Below are positions 9,350 to 17,903 of a DNA stretch of 64,000 bases, piece by piece. The notes beneath the pieces were generated by a model that made no database searches, was not told where the DNA came from, and saw only the letters and a list, made by a program, of their open reading frames with translations. The DNA is from Desulfosudaceae bacterium. GTDB taxonomy: Bacteria > Desulfobacterota > Desulfobacteria > Desulfobacterales > Desulfosudaceae. The position numbers were made by a program, and so were the translations under genes. The stretch lies in assembly GCA_963674745.2 (NCBI GenBank), contig CAXXDV010000001.1, positions 2,272,001 through 2,336,000 on the forward strand. The letters are read 5' to 3'. The first letter of the stretch is position 1. The number at the start of each line of letters is the position of its first letter.

Positions 9350-10405
9350 TTATCCCGGCTTCCAGGCCGCGTAACGGAACCCTTTGATGACCATCGGGAT
9401 GTGGCAACGGGGGCACTTTACAGCAGGTCTCGGGCGTTGGGTTTTTATTCCAAGCCGGACATGCAGGATCAATTGCACCAGTTGCAGCGTCTTTTTGGCG
9501 TTGCCATGAAGAAACCCGTAATCGCGCACCCTGCGGAAGCCCTTGGGCAGGACATGCTGCAGAATGAGCTGGAGAAAATCTTCTCCGTCAAGCGTACGAT
9601 AACGGGTATGGCCGGTGCCGCTTTCAGTGTACCTGAAGGTGACCCGGCCATTTTCATTGGCCACAATATTCTTTTCACTGATTACACCCCGGTATAAGTA
9701 CCGGGACAGGTACTTTATGACCGGGAGCCCGTTACCGACCTTTTCACAATCCACGACCCATTTTGCAGGTGTATTTTTAGGCACATAAAGGCCGGCTTTT
9801 CTTAAAGCGGCCAGAAAACGGGCACGAAAGACCGTGGCCAGGTTAAACTCATTAAACAGATATTTTCCTTTTTTCTTTTTCCATTGTCGCCGGCGCTTAT
9901 CAATCCCGCCGCCGGGCACCACCACATGGATATGAGGATGATAATCCAGACTTCGGGTGTTCGTATGCAGAACCATGGTCAAACCGATTTCTGCGCCCAT
10001 TTGCTTCGGGTTTAAGCCAAAATCCTTGAGTGTTTCGGACACGCAGGAAAAGAAGATTGAATATACATCCCGCTGATTGTTCCAGGCCAGCGGACGGAGT
10101 TCAAACGGCAGCGTAAACGTCGCCATAAAGTAAAGCACCGGAAGCAGTTTGTCTTGCTGCCGGTCGATCCACTGAGTGGCCTCATGGTTCTGGCATTTGG
10201 GGCAGCTCCGATGTCCGCAGGACATCGGGTGCCATTTCCCATGATGGCAGGCAGGACACTGAACGTAAAATTCTCCGGAAGCAGGTGTGCGACATCTGCG
10301 TATGGCACGCAAGGATTTAAGATGCCCCGGCAAGGCTTTTTGGCCGTGCTTTTCCATAAACCTGTCAGCGTACTGATCAATAATTGATGCCAGTTCCATA
10401 ATCAT
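9350..10405 (-). CDS. IS91-family (Y2/HUH) transposase
   Basis: N-terminal Cys zinc-binding region (CPAC...[11 protein letters not shown]), HPHIH HUH motif, YLSRY motif and RVRDYG. Confidence 0.92.
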   Translation of the reverse strand: MIMELASIIDQYADRFMEKHGQKALPGHLKSLRAIRRCRTPASGEFYVQCPACHHGKWHPMSCGHRSCPKCQNHEATQWIDRQQDKLLPVLYFMATFTLPFELRPLAWNNQRDVYSIFFSCVSETLKDFGLNPKQMGAEIGLTMVLHTNTRSLDYHPHIHVVVPGGGIDKRRRQWKKKKGKYLFNEFNLATVFRARFLAALRKAGLYVPKNTPAKWVVDCEKVGNGLPVIKYLSRYLYRGVISEKNIVANENGRVTFRYTESGTGHTRYRTLDGEDFLQLILQHVLPKGFRRVRDYGFLHGNAKKTLQLVQLILHVRLGIKTQRPRPAVKCPRCHIPMVIKGFRYAAWKPG

Positions 10406-11306
10406 ACCTTTCTAAAATCAACATGGATTGTATTTATCAGCTCATTTAAGACAGTCAGGCTGTCCTGCTCCGTTATATCGCTCAGATGCGTATAACGTGC
10501 TGTTGTGGAGGGACTGGCATGGCCAAGCAGGGCCTGGATGTGACGGAGGCTTAAGCCGCGTTCAAGCAGGTGGGTGGCAAAACTGTGACGCAGGGAGTGA
10601 ATGGATACTTTTTTTTAATGCCGCATTCGGCGACGACCACTTTCATGGCTCTCTGACAGCCGCCTTTATCCATAAAGTTGGTGGCCGCCCGGATGGTCTC
10701 TAAAGACCCCTTGCAATTGGGAAATAACAAATTAGGATGACGATGCTTACGCCAAAGCTCCCGCAGGCCCGTCAAAGTCAGGTCCGGCAATGGCAGCATT
10801 CGGTCCTTATGACCTTTACCCCGGCGGATATGGACCTTTTTGCGCTCAGCATCAATGTCCCCGATCTGAAGGGACAACGTCTCTTCCAGACGCAATCCCA
10901 TGGAATAGGTTGTCAGCAGAAATACCCGGTAACGCAATTTCTTGGTTTTGCCGATGATCCGTTCAACCTCGGAAACGGTAAGAATGTCCGGTATGGTTTT
11001 GACTTTCGGCGGTTTGACGATCTTGATCCATTCCCAGTCCTTTCCGAGCACATACCGCCAGAAGAACTGCAAGCCGTTACGGTCAACCCTGACCGTGCTC
11101 CAGGAATGGCTATCCACCAGCTGAGAGAAATAACCTTCCAATTGTTCCGGACGCAAATGGTCGGGACAACAATCAAAATGGTTACGAATGCGGCGGACTG
11201 AACGGGCATAGAGATCAATGGTCCTCGGACTCATACCCTGAAGCTTGAGCAACTCCAGGTGCCTCTCATAAAGCCGGTTGAAACGTTTTACTTCCGAATC
11301 GTTCAT
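10402..11306 (-). CDS. tyrosine recombinase completed by a -1 frameshift at 10608-10616
   Basis: Frame 0 has a SAM-like N-terminus, GLRLEE and GKGHKDR. The -1 frame after A8G gives [15 protein letters not shown]...[13 protein letters not shown]...RKV*, whose stop overlaps the tnp ATG (ATGA). Confidence 0.88.
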
Positions 11307-11360
11307 GGTATACTCCTTTCATTGGGGGTGCCCGTAATTGAGCACGTATTGGAGTATACC
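11307..11360 (-). promoter_or_regulatory. 5'-UTR hairpin sequestering the recombinase RBS
   Basis: Perfect 10-bp inverted repeat GGTATACTCC/GGAGTATACC; one arm contains the GGAG SD and abuts the ATG. Confidence 0.55.
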
Positions 11361-11393
11361 TTGTTTTTTATTAATCCGCCGCGTAGCGGCTTC

Positions 11394-11521
11394 GTTCAAC
11401 CATTCAGCGCAAGAGGATCGCCAGGGCACTCGGGCTTTGAACAGCCGTACTGAATTGAACATTAACCGACTTTAAGTCAGTCAGAGAAGGCCCTGGCGCC
11501 CTTTGGCTGAAGACGTTATGA
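11394..11521 (+). repeat. attC site (family B); R'' now supplied by the element end
   Basis: GTTCAAC + family-B body + GTTATGA. Confidence 0.88.
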
Positions 11522-11534
11522 AATATAGCCTGAT

Positions 11535-12707
11535 ATGAAAGCCATCAAACCATTATCAATCATGCTTTTTTGTCTTATTGTTGTTTCCTGCGCCCCCAAT
11601 TCTTCTAATATAAGGGCAACAGATAATCAGATGGGCATGGATAACCATTCTGTTAATTATAGTTCGGGTGATATGTTAAAAATTGAAAATTGTACCAAAG
11701 AAGTCAATACAGAATATGACCTAATAGAGCAGGCGTTTGATTGTTATGAAGAGTTCGATCAAAAGACAATCAATGACATTACTTCCAACTACTCCATCTC
11801 TATTTTTATCAATACGTTACAAGACGATAATTACGAGTATCGTGCAGGAGCTGCAAGGATTCTTGGATTATTGAAATATTCAAAATCAGTTCCAGATTTA
11901 TTATACATGGCAATAAACGACCCAAATCCATATTGTAAGGTAAGCGCAACTTTAGCCCTCTATCAAATTGATGAGGAGCCGGCAAAAAACGATGCTTTTT
12001 CTAATCTGATAAAGGACTTTACAAATCCAGAAACAGAATCGGTTTACAGAGGCATCATCGCAGCCCTCATGGGGGATATAGGTGATCAAAATGCAACCCC
12101 TTATTTACTCACAGCTTTAAAAGATCCCAAAACAGATCCATTTGTACTCGATTTTGTAATCTTCGCTTTGGGAAAAATTAAAGGTGAAAATATACCTGCT
12201 GCACTTAATGAATTCATTTTAAGGCATGATATTGAACCATATATTCGAAAAGATGCCATAATGGCGTTAGGCTCAATTGGTGATGATGATTCAATCTCGT
12301 TCTTATCTGATATCTTGAATTCAAAAGATTACAATTATTCTATTAGGGCAGATGCGGCTTCAGCATTAGGTTACGAATCAAACCATAGCCAAAAGGCCAT
12401 TTCAGCCTTAATTAATGCCACAAAGGATGAAAATAAAGGTGTCCGTTTTTTTGCTGTTTGTGCCTTGGGAAAAATACCTGATGAGCGTGCAACGAAGGGT
12501 TTAATTAATGCTCTGAACGATGATTGTGACCGTGTTCGAGTTACGGCAGTCAATTTTTTAGGATTAACCGGTGATGAATCATCTATACCAGCGTTAACAA
12601 GGTTATCAAAAGATGATGCGATAATTTATGGTCAGCCAATTAAAGAACACGTTCAAAAAGCGATTGAGCAAATTAAGGAAAAAGCTATAAAGGATAAATC
12701 AAAATAA
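11535..12707 (+). CDS. HEAT-repeat lipoprotein (cassette 13)
   Basis: VVSC lipobox; repeated VR..A..ALG motifs. Confidence 0.85.
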   Translation: MKAIKPLSIMLFCLIVVSCAPNSSNIRATDNQMGMDNHSVNYSSGDMLKIENCTKEVNTEYDLIEQAFDCYEEFDQKTINDITSNYSISIFINTLQDDNYEYRAGAARILGLLKYSKSVPDLLYMAINDPNPYCKVSATLALYQIDEEPAKNDAFSNLIKDFTNPETESVYRGIIAALMGDIGDQNATPYLLTALKDPKTDPFVLDFVIFALGKIKGENIPAALNEFILRHDIEPYIRKDAIMALGSIGDDDSISFLSDILNSKDYNYSIRADAASALGYESNHSQKAISALINATKDENKGVRFFAVCALGKIPDERATKGLINALNDDCDRVRVTAVNFLGLTGDESSIPALTRLSKDDAIIYGQPIKEHVQKAIEQIKEKAIKDKSK

Positions 12708-12716
12708 CAGAAAATT

Positions 12717-12839
12717 TCATAACCACACCATGCACTTGACTCGCAGGGGCGTTCTGCTTTTTCAGTATCGCAGTTCGGTGTTAACGTGGCTTCGTAAACG
12801 TCACAGTTCCCTGCTCCCAAGTGACGGTGGACGTTGTGC
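12717..12839 (+). repeat. attC site (family A, 123 bp)
   Basis: TCATAAC ... GTTGTGC. Confidence 0.9.
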
Positions 12840-12859
12840 ATCTATAACATTATATAAAT

Positions 12860-14131
12860 ATGGAACCTATATTTCACAGTATAATCTTATGGGTTAAGAT
12901 TTTAAGTATACCAATAGCTTCTATTGTTTATAGATATGTTAAAAAAAAGCCATTCTTTTACAAAGAAAACCCAGATGCAAATTATCAGGAAAAATGGCGT
13001 TCTGGGCATGCATGCAATATTTTTCAAATGTTTGGTGGCGCACGAAATTGTCTTTGGTTTTCGATCCTAAAAGATGAAATAATTATCTGTCCGCATTTTC
13101 CTTTCAACTTATTATTTTTGCCTGAAATATGGGGATGTGAGCATCACATTAAAGGGAAAGAAATTATATCGATTGATGAGAACCCGAGATTAGGTGGAAT
13201 AGTAATCTGCTTTAAAAAAGGGATTGGAGTCAAAAAATTTAGAATTTATCCCAAGCACAAAGAAATTTTTGTGGGTTTCGCTAAAGGGATATTAGCTAAT
13301 CACAAAAAATCGATATCCTCCTCGCTTGTCTTGGACGAAGAAAAGCATCTCTGCCAACCGCCACACACTAAAAAGCGCTATGTACCGAAAAGTATATACC
13401 AATTAATGTTTATAATATTTTTTTTCGGAGTTATTGGTCCAATTTGGTGGTTTGTTATTCCAAATCTTTACAAAAAAGATGGCCTTTACACTGATTTAGA
13501 GCAAAGGAATGTTAAGGCGGTTGAAAAAAGAATTGATAGTCAAGAGGAAGTGATTAATCGAAGATTTTATGGATTAAATGCCACACCATTACATATTGCC
13601 GCTGGTTTGGGTGATATTGAAATGATGGATATGTTATTGCGAAAAGGTGCTAACATTGAAGTGAAGGGTTATAGGAACCTATGTGAACCGATCCATTTAG
13701 CGGCAGGCAAGGGACACATAAAAGCTGTTGAATTTTTATTAAAAAATGGCGCACATATTGATGCCAAAGATAGGGATAACGAAACCCCATTACATGATGC
13801 CGCTTATAATAATCAAGCCGAAATGATAGGTTATCTTGTTAAACATGGAGCAAACATTAATGCAAAAAGCAACTGTTATCATCTTACGCCACTTGAAGAA
13901 GCTGTTAAATTTGAACGGGCTATAGCAGTGCGTGCTTTGCTCGAAAATGGTGCCAAAGCTGATCTTGATGCTTTAATATTAAGAGTTCAAAGAGACATGG
14001 AAGGTGCGCCTTTAGCGGATGAAACACGAAAAAAAGAATGGACAGATGTATTAGAAATATTAAGGGAATTCAAGTCAAGGAATGCACAACCAGTAAATTC
14101 AGCCGACGCAAAAAACCGCGCGGCTGATTAG
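12860..14131 (+). CDS. membrane protein with C-terminal ankyrin repeats (cassette 14)
   Basis: TPLHIAA, PIHLAA, TPLHDAA repeats after a TM; stop lies inside the attC. Confidence 0.85.
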   Translation: MEPIFHSIILWVKILSIPIASIVYRYVKKKPFFYKENPDANYQEKWRSGHACNIFQMFGGARNCLWFSILKDEIIICPHFPFNLLFLPEIWGCEHHIKGKEIISIDENPRLGGIVICFKKGIGVKKFRIYPKHKEIFVGFAKGILANHKKSISSSLVLDEEKHLCQPPHTKKRYVPKSIYQLMFIIFFFGVIGPIWWFVIPNLYKKDGLYTDLEQRNVKAVEKRIDSQEEVINRRFYGLNATPLHIAAGLGDIEMMDMLLRKGANIEVKGYRNLCEPIHLAAGKGHIKAVEFLLKNGAHIDAKDRDNETPLHDAAYNNQAEMIGYLVKHGANINAKSNCYHLTPLEEAVKFERAIAVRALLENGAKADLDALILRVQRDMEGAPLADETRKKEWTDVLEILREFKSRNAQPVNSADAKNRAAD

Positions 14132-14142
14132 CGGCGTTAGGC
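14084..14142 (+). repeat. short 59-bp attC site
   Basis: GCACAAC ... TCAGCCG/CGGCTGA ... GTTAGGC. Confidence 0.85.
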
Positions 14143-14152
14143 GCATGAATAT

Positions 14153-14593
14153 TTGATTCGAAGCTACATATTAAATGGCCTTATCGCATCAGTGGGTGCC
14201 GCATTTATAACGGCTGCTGCCAATATGCTCAATACTATTTGGCATGCTTATCCACCCGACAGATCTGGAATGTTCATCGGATTTGCAGTTTTCTTTGGTG
14301 TTGGTCTATGGTGCCTTTATGGTTCGATAAGCAATATTCGAACACGAATCCGGAACCGCAACACCTCAGAGACTTCCCCAAAAATGTTGTGGCCAGAGCG
14401 CATAGCAGCTATTCTTTGCGGTAGCACAATTCTTGGGGTTGTTCTTTTGTATATAAACTTCCTTCTTGAGCCTTTCGGCACACAAAGAGGCTCCTTAGTT
14501 TTTCATTATATCGCTCTGGGGCTATTATTTAGCGGTATCGTTGGTTCTATCGTATTGCCGATTATTAAAGCTTTAAGACGATCGAGTGCATGA
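14153..14593 (+). CDS. 4-TM hypothetical protein (cassette 15)
   Basis: TTG start; ORF fills the cassette. Confidence 0.65.
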   Translation: MIRSYILNGLIASVGAAFITAAANMLNTIWHAYPPDRSGMFIGFAVFFGVGLWCLYGSISNIRTRIRNRNTSETSPKMLWPERIAAILCGSTILGVVLLYINFLLEPFGTQRGSLVFHYIALGLLFSGIVGSIVLPIIKALRRSSA

Positions 14594-14603
14594 TGACGAC
14601 GGC

Positions 14604-14732
14604 GCCTAACAAGGCATCGCAAGAGGATCGCCAGGGCATTCGGCTTTTGAACATTCGGCGGAAACTGAACATTAACCGTCTTTAAGACAAGTCATTGGAA
14701 GCCCTGGCGCCCTTTGGCTGCCGCCGTTAGGC
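14604..14732 (+). repeat. attC site (family B, 129 bp)
   Basis: GCCTAAC ... GTTAGGC. Confidence 0.9.
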
Positions 14733-14743
14733 AAAAATATATT

Positions 14744-15286
14744 ATGAAGAGGACTAAGCTATTACTTGATGTTCCGTATTCCATAGATAAAACCATTAAA
14801 GTCCTTGAAGACAATATTGATCGCCCCAAAATGCTTACTTTAATTTCAAAGAAAAATCATAAATGCCCATTCATTGGAAAAATTAAAGGGAACAGATTCA
14901 TTTTTCGTGAACAAAGCATATGGGGATACTCTGGCCTATATGACAGGAATAATTTGCATCCATACTTTGAAGGACATATTGTACCAACCGGGGAATTCTG
15001 CCAAATTTCCGGTAAATTTACCAATGGCCCGGTAGCTGGTTGTTTGATGCCAGTACTCTTAACCTGGTTCGCTTTCCTATGTGGAATATCTTCTATTGCA
15101 ATTGTTCATAACTGGTTTACTGGCGCTGACGGACCAGCTCCAGTCATTTTGATTTTCACACTTCCTGTATTTTTGTTATCAATTTATGGTTTATTTTTTT
15201 CAAATCCTTCACGAAAGCGAGACGTAGAAAAATATATAGAAACCTTTGAAAAATTATTGAATGCAAAAATAAATGAGACTGCCTAA
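14744..15286 (+). CDS. hypothetical membrane protein (cassette 16)
   Basis: First ATG after R'; two C-terminal TMs. Confidence 0.7.
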   Translation: MKRTKLLLDVPYSIDKTIKVLEDNIDRPKMLTLISKKNHKCPFIGKIKGNRFIFREQSIWGYSGLYDRNNLHPYFEGHIVPTGEFCQISGKFTNGPVAGCLMPVLLTWFAFLCGISSIAIVHNWFTGADGPAPVILIFTLPVFLLSIYGLFFSNPSRKRDVEKYIETFEKLLNAKINETA

Positions 15287-15541
15287 CACATATGAGCCGC
15301 CCGGAGTCAATGGGGAATAAAAATTTTTTAGGGACTGAGTTTTTACTCCCCCTTTCCGCAGTTAAAACAGAACGGACTCACTGTCTTTAATTCAAAGCGC
15401 GTAGTAAAATAGCTGCTACAAAGGCCGCGCAAAGGATCGCCAGGGCATTCGGCTTTTGAACATTCGGGGGAAATTGAATATTAAACATCTTTAAGGCAAG
15501 TCGGTGGAAGCCCTGGCTCCCATTGGCGGCCGCCGTTCGGT
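15281..15541 (+). repeat. attC site (family B) interrupted by a 133-bp insert
   Basis: GCCTAAC[insert]AAGGCCGCGCAAAGGATCGCC ... GTTCGGT; 128 bp without the insert. Confidence 0.85.
15288..15420 (-). mobile_element. 133-bp insert, probable IS110/IS1111-type right-end remnant
   Basis: Insertion immediately after R''; the minus strand ends TTGACTCCGGGCGGCTCATATGT (terminal -35 box). Confidence 0.5.
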
Positions 15542-15550
15542 GACAAAATT

Positions 15551-16390
15551 ATGCTTAACACCCGCACATGGCATTGGCTTTGCGTTAGCGCTTTCATCAT
15601 GTTTCCGGGCGTGGTCATGATTTGGTTACTGCCAGAAAGTTCACTCCTCAGTTGGTTGGCACCGGCGATGATTTTGTGGGGCATTGTTGTTGGCATTTTG
15701 GGGGCGATTCAGGGAATCCTGCTCGCGTTTGGGCGTTTGAAAATGGGTTGTCCACGATGTGATTCGAAGAGCAACGTGATCGGAGGGAATCGAGATGGGA
15801 TGTATTTGAGCTGCCCTGAGTGCGGTGATCTCCGAATCAAGCTTGGAAGCATCTTTGGCTTGGAAGTGATTCGTTCCGGTAGTGAAGAGGATGACCTTTC
15901 CGATTATAAGGAAGAATCTGCATCGCTACTTCTCACACCCAAGAGACACCCTTTATTGTTCATAGTCCTTTATCTCCCAGTGGTAGCATCGATTATTGTT
16001 GCTACGATCATACACGAGTTCACGGTTTTCTATCTCCTGATTCCTGGCGTGTGGTGTTATGGAGTTGGATGCTTCATCATCGAAGGCATTTACAAAGGTA
16101 GTATGAGCGACAACCACGGAACAGCCTTACGATCGAAGTCGCCCGTTCGATTTTGGGGCAAGATTGGAATTTGGTTTCTCTTTTATGTTTTCGCCACGGC
16201 TTTTCCCATTGGATTCGCCATGCAAGAGCACAGCAAGGCCGACACCGAACAATTCTGTTCAAGTAACAGCCAGGGCCGAGCCGCTTTGGCAGATGGTTGT
16301 AAAATTGAAGGTGTGTCCTTTTTATTGAAGTCAGAGAAAGCCTGTCTGTCCCTGACTGAAGACGTTATGCATAAAAATGAAGTGATATGA
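15551..16390 (+). CDS. membrane protein with a zinc ribbon (cassette 17), reads through attC
   Basis: CPRC...CPEC between TM pairs; stop overlaps the next ATG. Confidence 0.7.
   Translation: MLNTRTWHWLCVSAFIMFPGVVMIWLLPESSLLSWLAPAMILWGIVVGILGAIQGILLAFGRLKMGCPRCDSKSNVIGGNRDGMYLSCPECGDLRIKLGSIFGLEVIRSGSEEDDLSDYKEESASLLLTPKRHPLLFIVLYLPVVASIIVATIIHEFTVFYLLIPGVWCYGVGCFIIEGIYKGSMSDNHGTALRSKSPVRFWGKIGIWFLFYVFATAFPIGFAMQEHSKADTEQFCSSNSQGRAALADGCKIEGVSFLLKSEKACLSLTEDVMHKNEVI
16244..16370 (+). repeat. attC site (divergent B-like, 127 bp)
   Basis: ACCGAAC ... GTTATGC. Confidence 0.8.
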
Positions 16391-17061
16391 ATTTATCCTT
16401 AAAGCAAAAATTTCTTCTGATTGGACTAATAATATTATTCTTTCGAGTCTTCTCAGCCCTTTTAACATTCGGACACGTCCAGCTATTCGGGACTCCATTT
16501 CAAATTGATTTTCTTTTCAATGTATATTCACCTCTTGTCGCATGTGCGCTATCTGTTATTATCTCCATACAAATATTTAATAAATTTTCTGATATAAATA
16601 AACTTTTTGTCATAATGGTTTTGGTTGTCGCATTTTTACCGATGTCTTTTAATTATGAGATCGCCTTTGATGAAGGCACTGACGCTATTCCTGTCGATGA
16701 ATTAGGTGCTGTTAAGCCCGCGTCATTCGGTTTTCATTTGATCGACGATGAACAATCGATACAATCGACCATTTTGACTAACAAGCATGTTGATCGGGCG
16801 GAAGCTGTTTCTGATAAAACTTTCGGGGTTAAAATCTTTTTTACACCTCAAGGAGAAGCGGAATTCCCAAAGTCTATCCGAATCAATGTTGGGGAAAAGC
16901 TTGGTTTTTCTATTAATGGCGAATTGCTCACCAGCACCATAGAAATGGTAGAAAGGGATGATGCTGATAATATAGAAGAAGCCCCGTATATTGTATTGCC
17001 GTTATGCGTTGATATTTTTGGGGCAAACAGAATTGCTGCGGAAATTATGAAGAACAAATAA
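16387..17061 (+). CDS. membrane protein with a SecDF P1-head-like C-terminal domain (cassette 18)
   Basis: 3 TMs, then VKIFFTPQG...NVGEKLGFSINGELL. Confidence 0.55.
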   Translation: MNLSLKQKFLLIGLIILFFRVFSALLTFGHVQLFGTPFQIDFLFNVYSPLVACALSVIISIQIFNKFSDINKLFVIMVLVVAFLPMSFNYEIAFDEGTDAIPVDELGAVKPASFGFHLIDDEQSIQSTILTNKHVDRAEAVSDKTFGVKIFFTPQGEAEFPKSIRINVGEKLGFSINGELLTSTIEMVERDDADNIEEAPYIVLPLCVDIFGANRIAAEIMKNK

Positions 17062-17069
17062 TTAATAAT

Positions 17070-17182
17070 GCATAAGAAGCTCAAGTGGACAGCCAGGGCA
17101 CTCGGGTTTTGAAAAATCGAGGGGTTTGAACAACCCAAATCATTAACTAAGTCAGTGGAAGCTCTGGCTGCCGCCGTTCTGT
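17070..17182 (+). repeat. degenerate attC site (family B, 113 bp)
   Basis: R'' reads GCATAAG (not AAC); right arm lacks about 10 bp; R' GTTCTGT. Confidence 0.7.
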
Positions 17183-17206
17183 TTCAATACCCCCACCAAA
17201 AATATG

Positions 17207-17235
17207 TTGACAAAAGGCAGACAATAGCATATATT
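17207..17235 (+). promoter_or_regulatory. sigma70 promoter of the TA cassette
   Basis: TTGACA-17 bp-TATATT. Confidence 0.75.
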
Positions 17236-17241
17236 CATGCC

Positions 17242-17511
17242 ATGAAATATTTGAACTGGAACTCTGATAAAAACGAAATTTTAAAAAAAGAACGTGGGAT
17301 TTCCTTTGAAGAAATAGCCTATTTGATTGAGTCTGGACAGATAATCGGAATAGAGGAAAATCCGGGGTACCCTGGTCAAAAAATGTATGTTTTGGAAATT
17401 GACAATTATGCCATCATGGTTCCTTACGTGGAAGACGACGCGGAAATTTTTTTGAAAACGGCTTTTCCAAGCCGTAAATACACAAAAAAATACGGTTTGA
17501 AGGGGGAATAA
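17242..17511 (+). CDS. BrnT-like type II toxin (cassette 19)
   Basis: WNSDKNEILKKERGISFEE...FLKTAFPSRK. Confidence 0.8.
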   Translation: MKYLNWNSDKNEILKKERGISFEEIAYLIESGQIIGIEENPGYPGQKMYVLEIDNYAIMVPYVEDDAEIFLKTAFPSRKYTKKYGLKGE

Positions 17512-17807
17512 TGAATAGAATCAAAAAAAAGTCTTTTAAACCAATCGATCAGGAAGAGAAAGACCTGATGGAATCAATTGAACGTGACGAGTGGCGACCT
17601 GTTAAAAACTTTGATCGAGAAAGAAAGAAAGCTATAGAGGCTGCTCGAAACACTCTGAAAAAAGACAAACGAATAAATCTTCGTCTTTCTCAAAAAGATT
17701 ACCATCAAATACAAATAAGAGCACTTGAAGAAGGTATACCCTATCAAACGCTGATTTCAAGTATTGTGCATAAATTCCTGAACGGTTCTTTAACACCTAA
17801 ATCATGA
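17511..17807 (+). CDS. CopG/RHH-type antitoxin
   Basis: KDKRINLRLS...EGIPYQTLI; TAATG overlap with the toxin. Confidence 0.8.
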   Translation: MNRIKKKSFKPIDQEEKDLMESIERDEWRPVKNFDRERKKAIEAARNTLKKDKRINLRLSQKDYHQIQIRALEEGIPYQTLISSIVHKFLNGSLTPKS

Positions 17808-17813
17808 AAGAAA

Positions 17814-17903
17814 ACAGAACCAAGCGGTGTCGCTGATGTCCACGGCTTGCATTCTTCGCTACGCTCAGGCAAGCCGCGCCACAGCTAACCGCAGACGTTA
17901 GGC
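17814..17903 (+). repeat. terminal attC site (90 bp)
   Basis: ACAGAAC ... GCGGT/ACCGC ... GTTAGGC. Confidence 0.8.

Larger units (their letters stand above)
9102..11400 (-). mobile_element. IS91-family element carrying a tyrosine recombinase, inserted in an attC R'' site
   Basis: Removing 9102-11400 restores ACATAAC+CATTCAGCGCAAGAGGATCGCC (a family-B attC); higher GC than the cassettes; int and tnp genes on the minus strand. Confidence 0.85.
1127..17903 (+). mobile_element. integron gene-cassette array (19 cassettes; intI not in window)
   Basis: Same-strand AT-rich ORFs, each followed by an AAC...GTT imperfect palindrome. Each cassette's first bases are the reverse complement of its own R'' (e.g. 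GTTATGCGT/ACGCATAAC). Confidence 0.95.

Noticed and set aside
10488..10496. GCGTATAAC as an additional attC R''
   Set aside because: It is the antisense of the RYTH codons of the recombinase, and no paired R' follows.
10402..11306. Integron integrase IntI of the array
   Set aside because: About 300 aa, no evident IntI-specific insertion, located mid-array and coupled to an IS91 transposase.
1591..17903. CRISPR array
   Set aside because: Repeats are ~125 bp, degenerate and separated by whole genes with AAC/GTT cores: these are attC sites. No cas genes.
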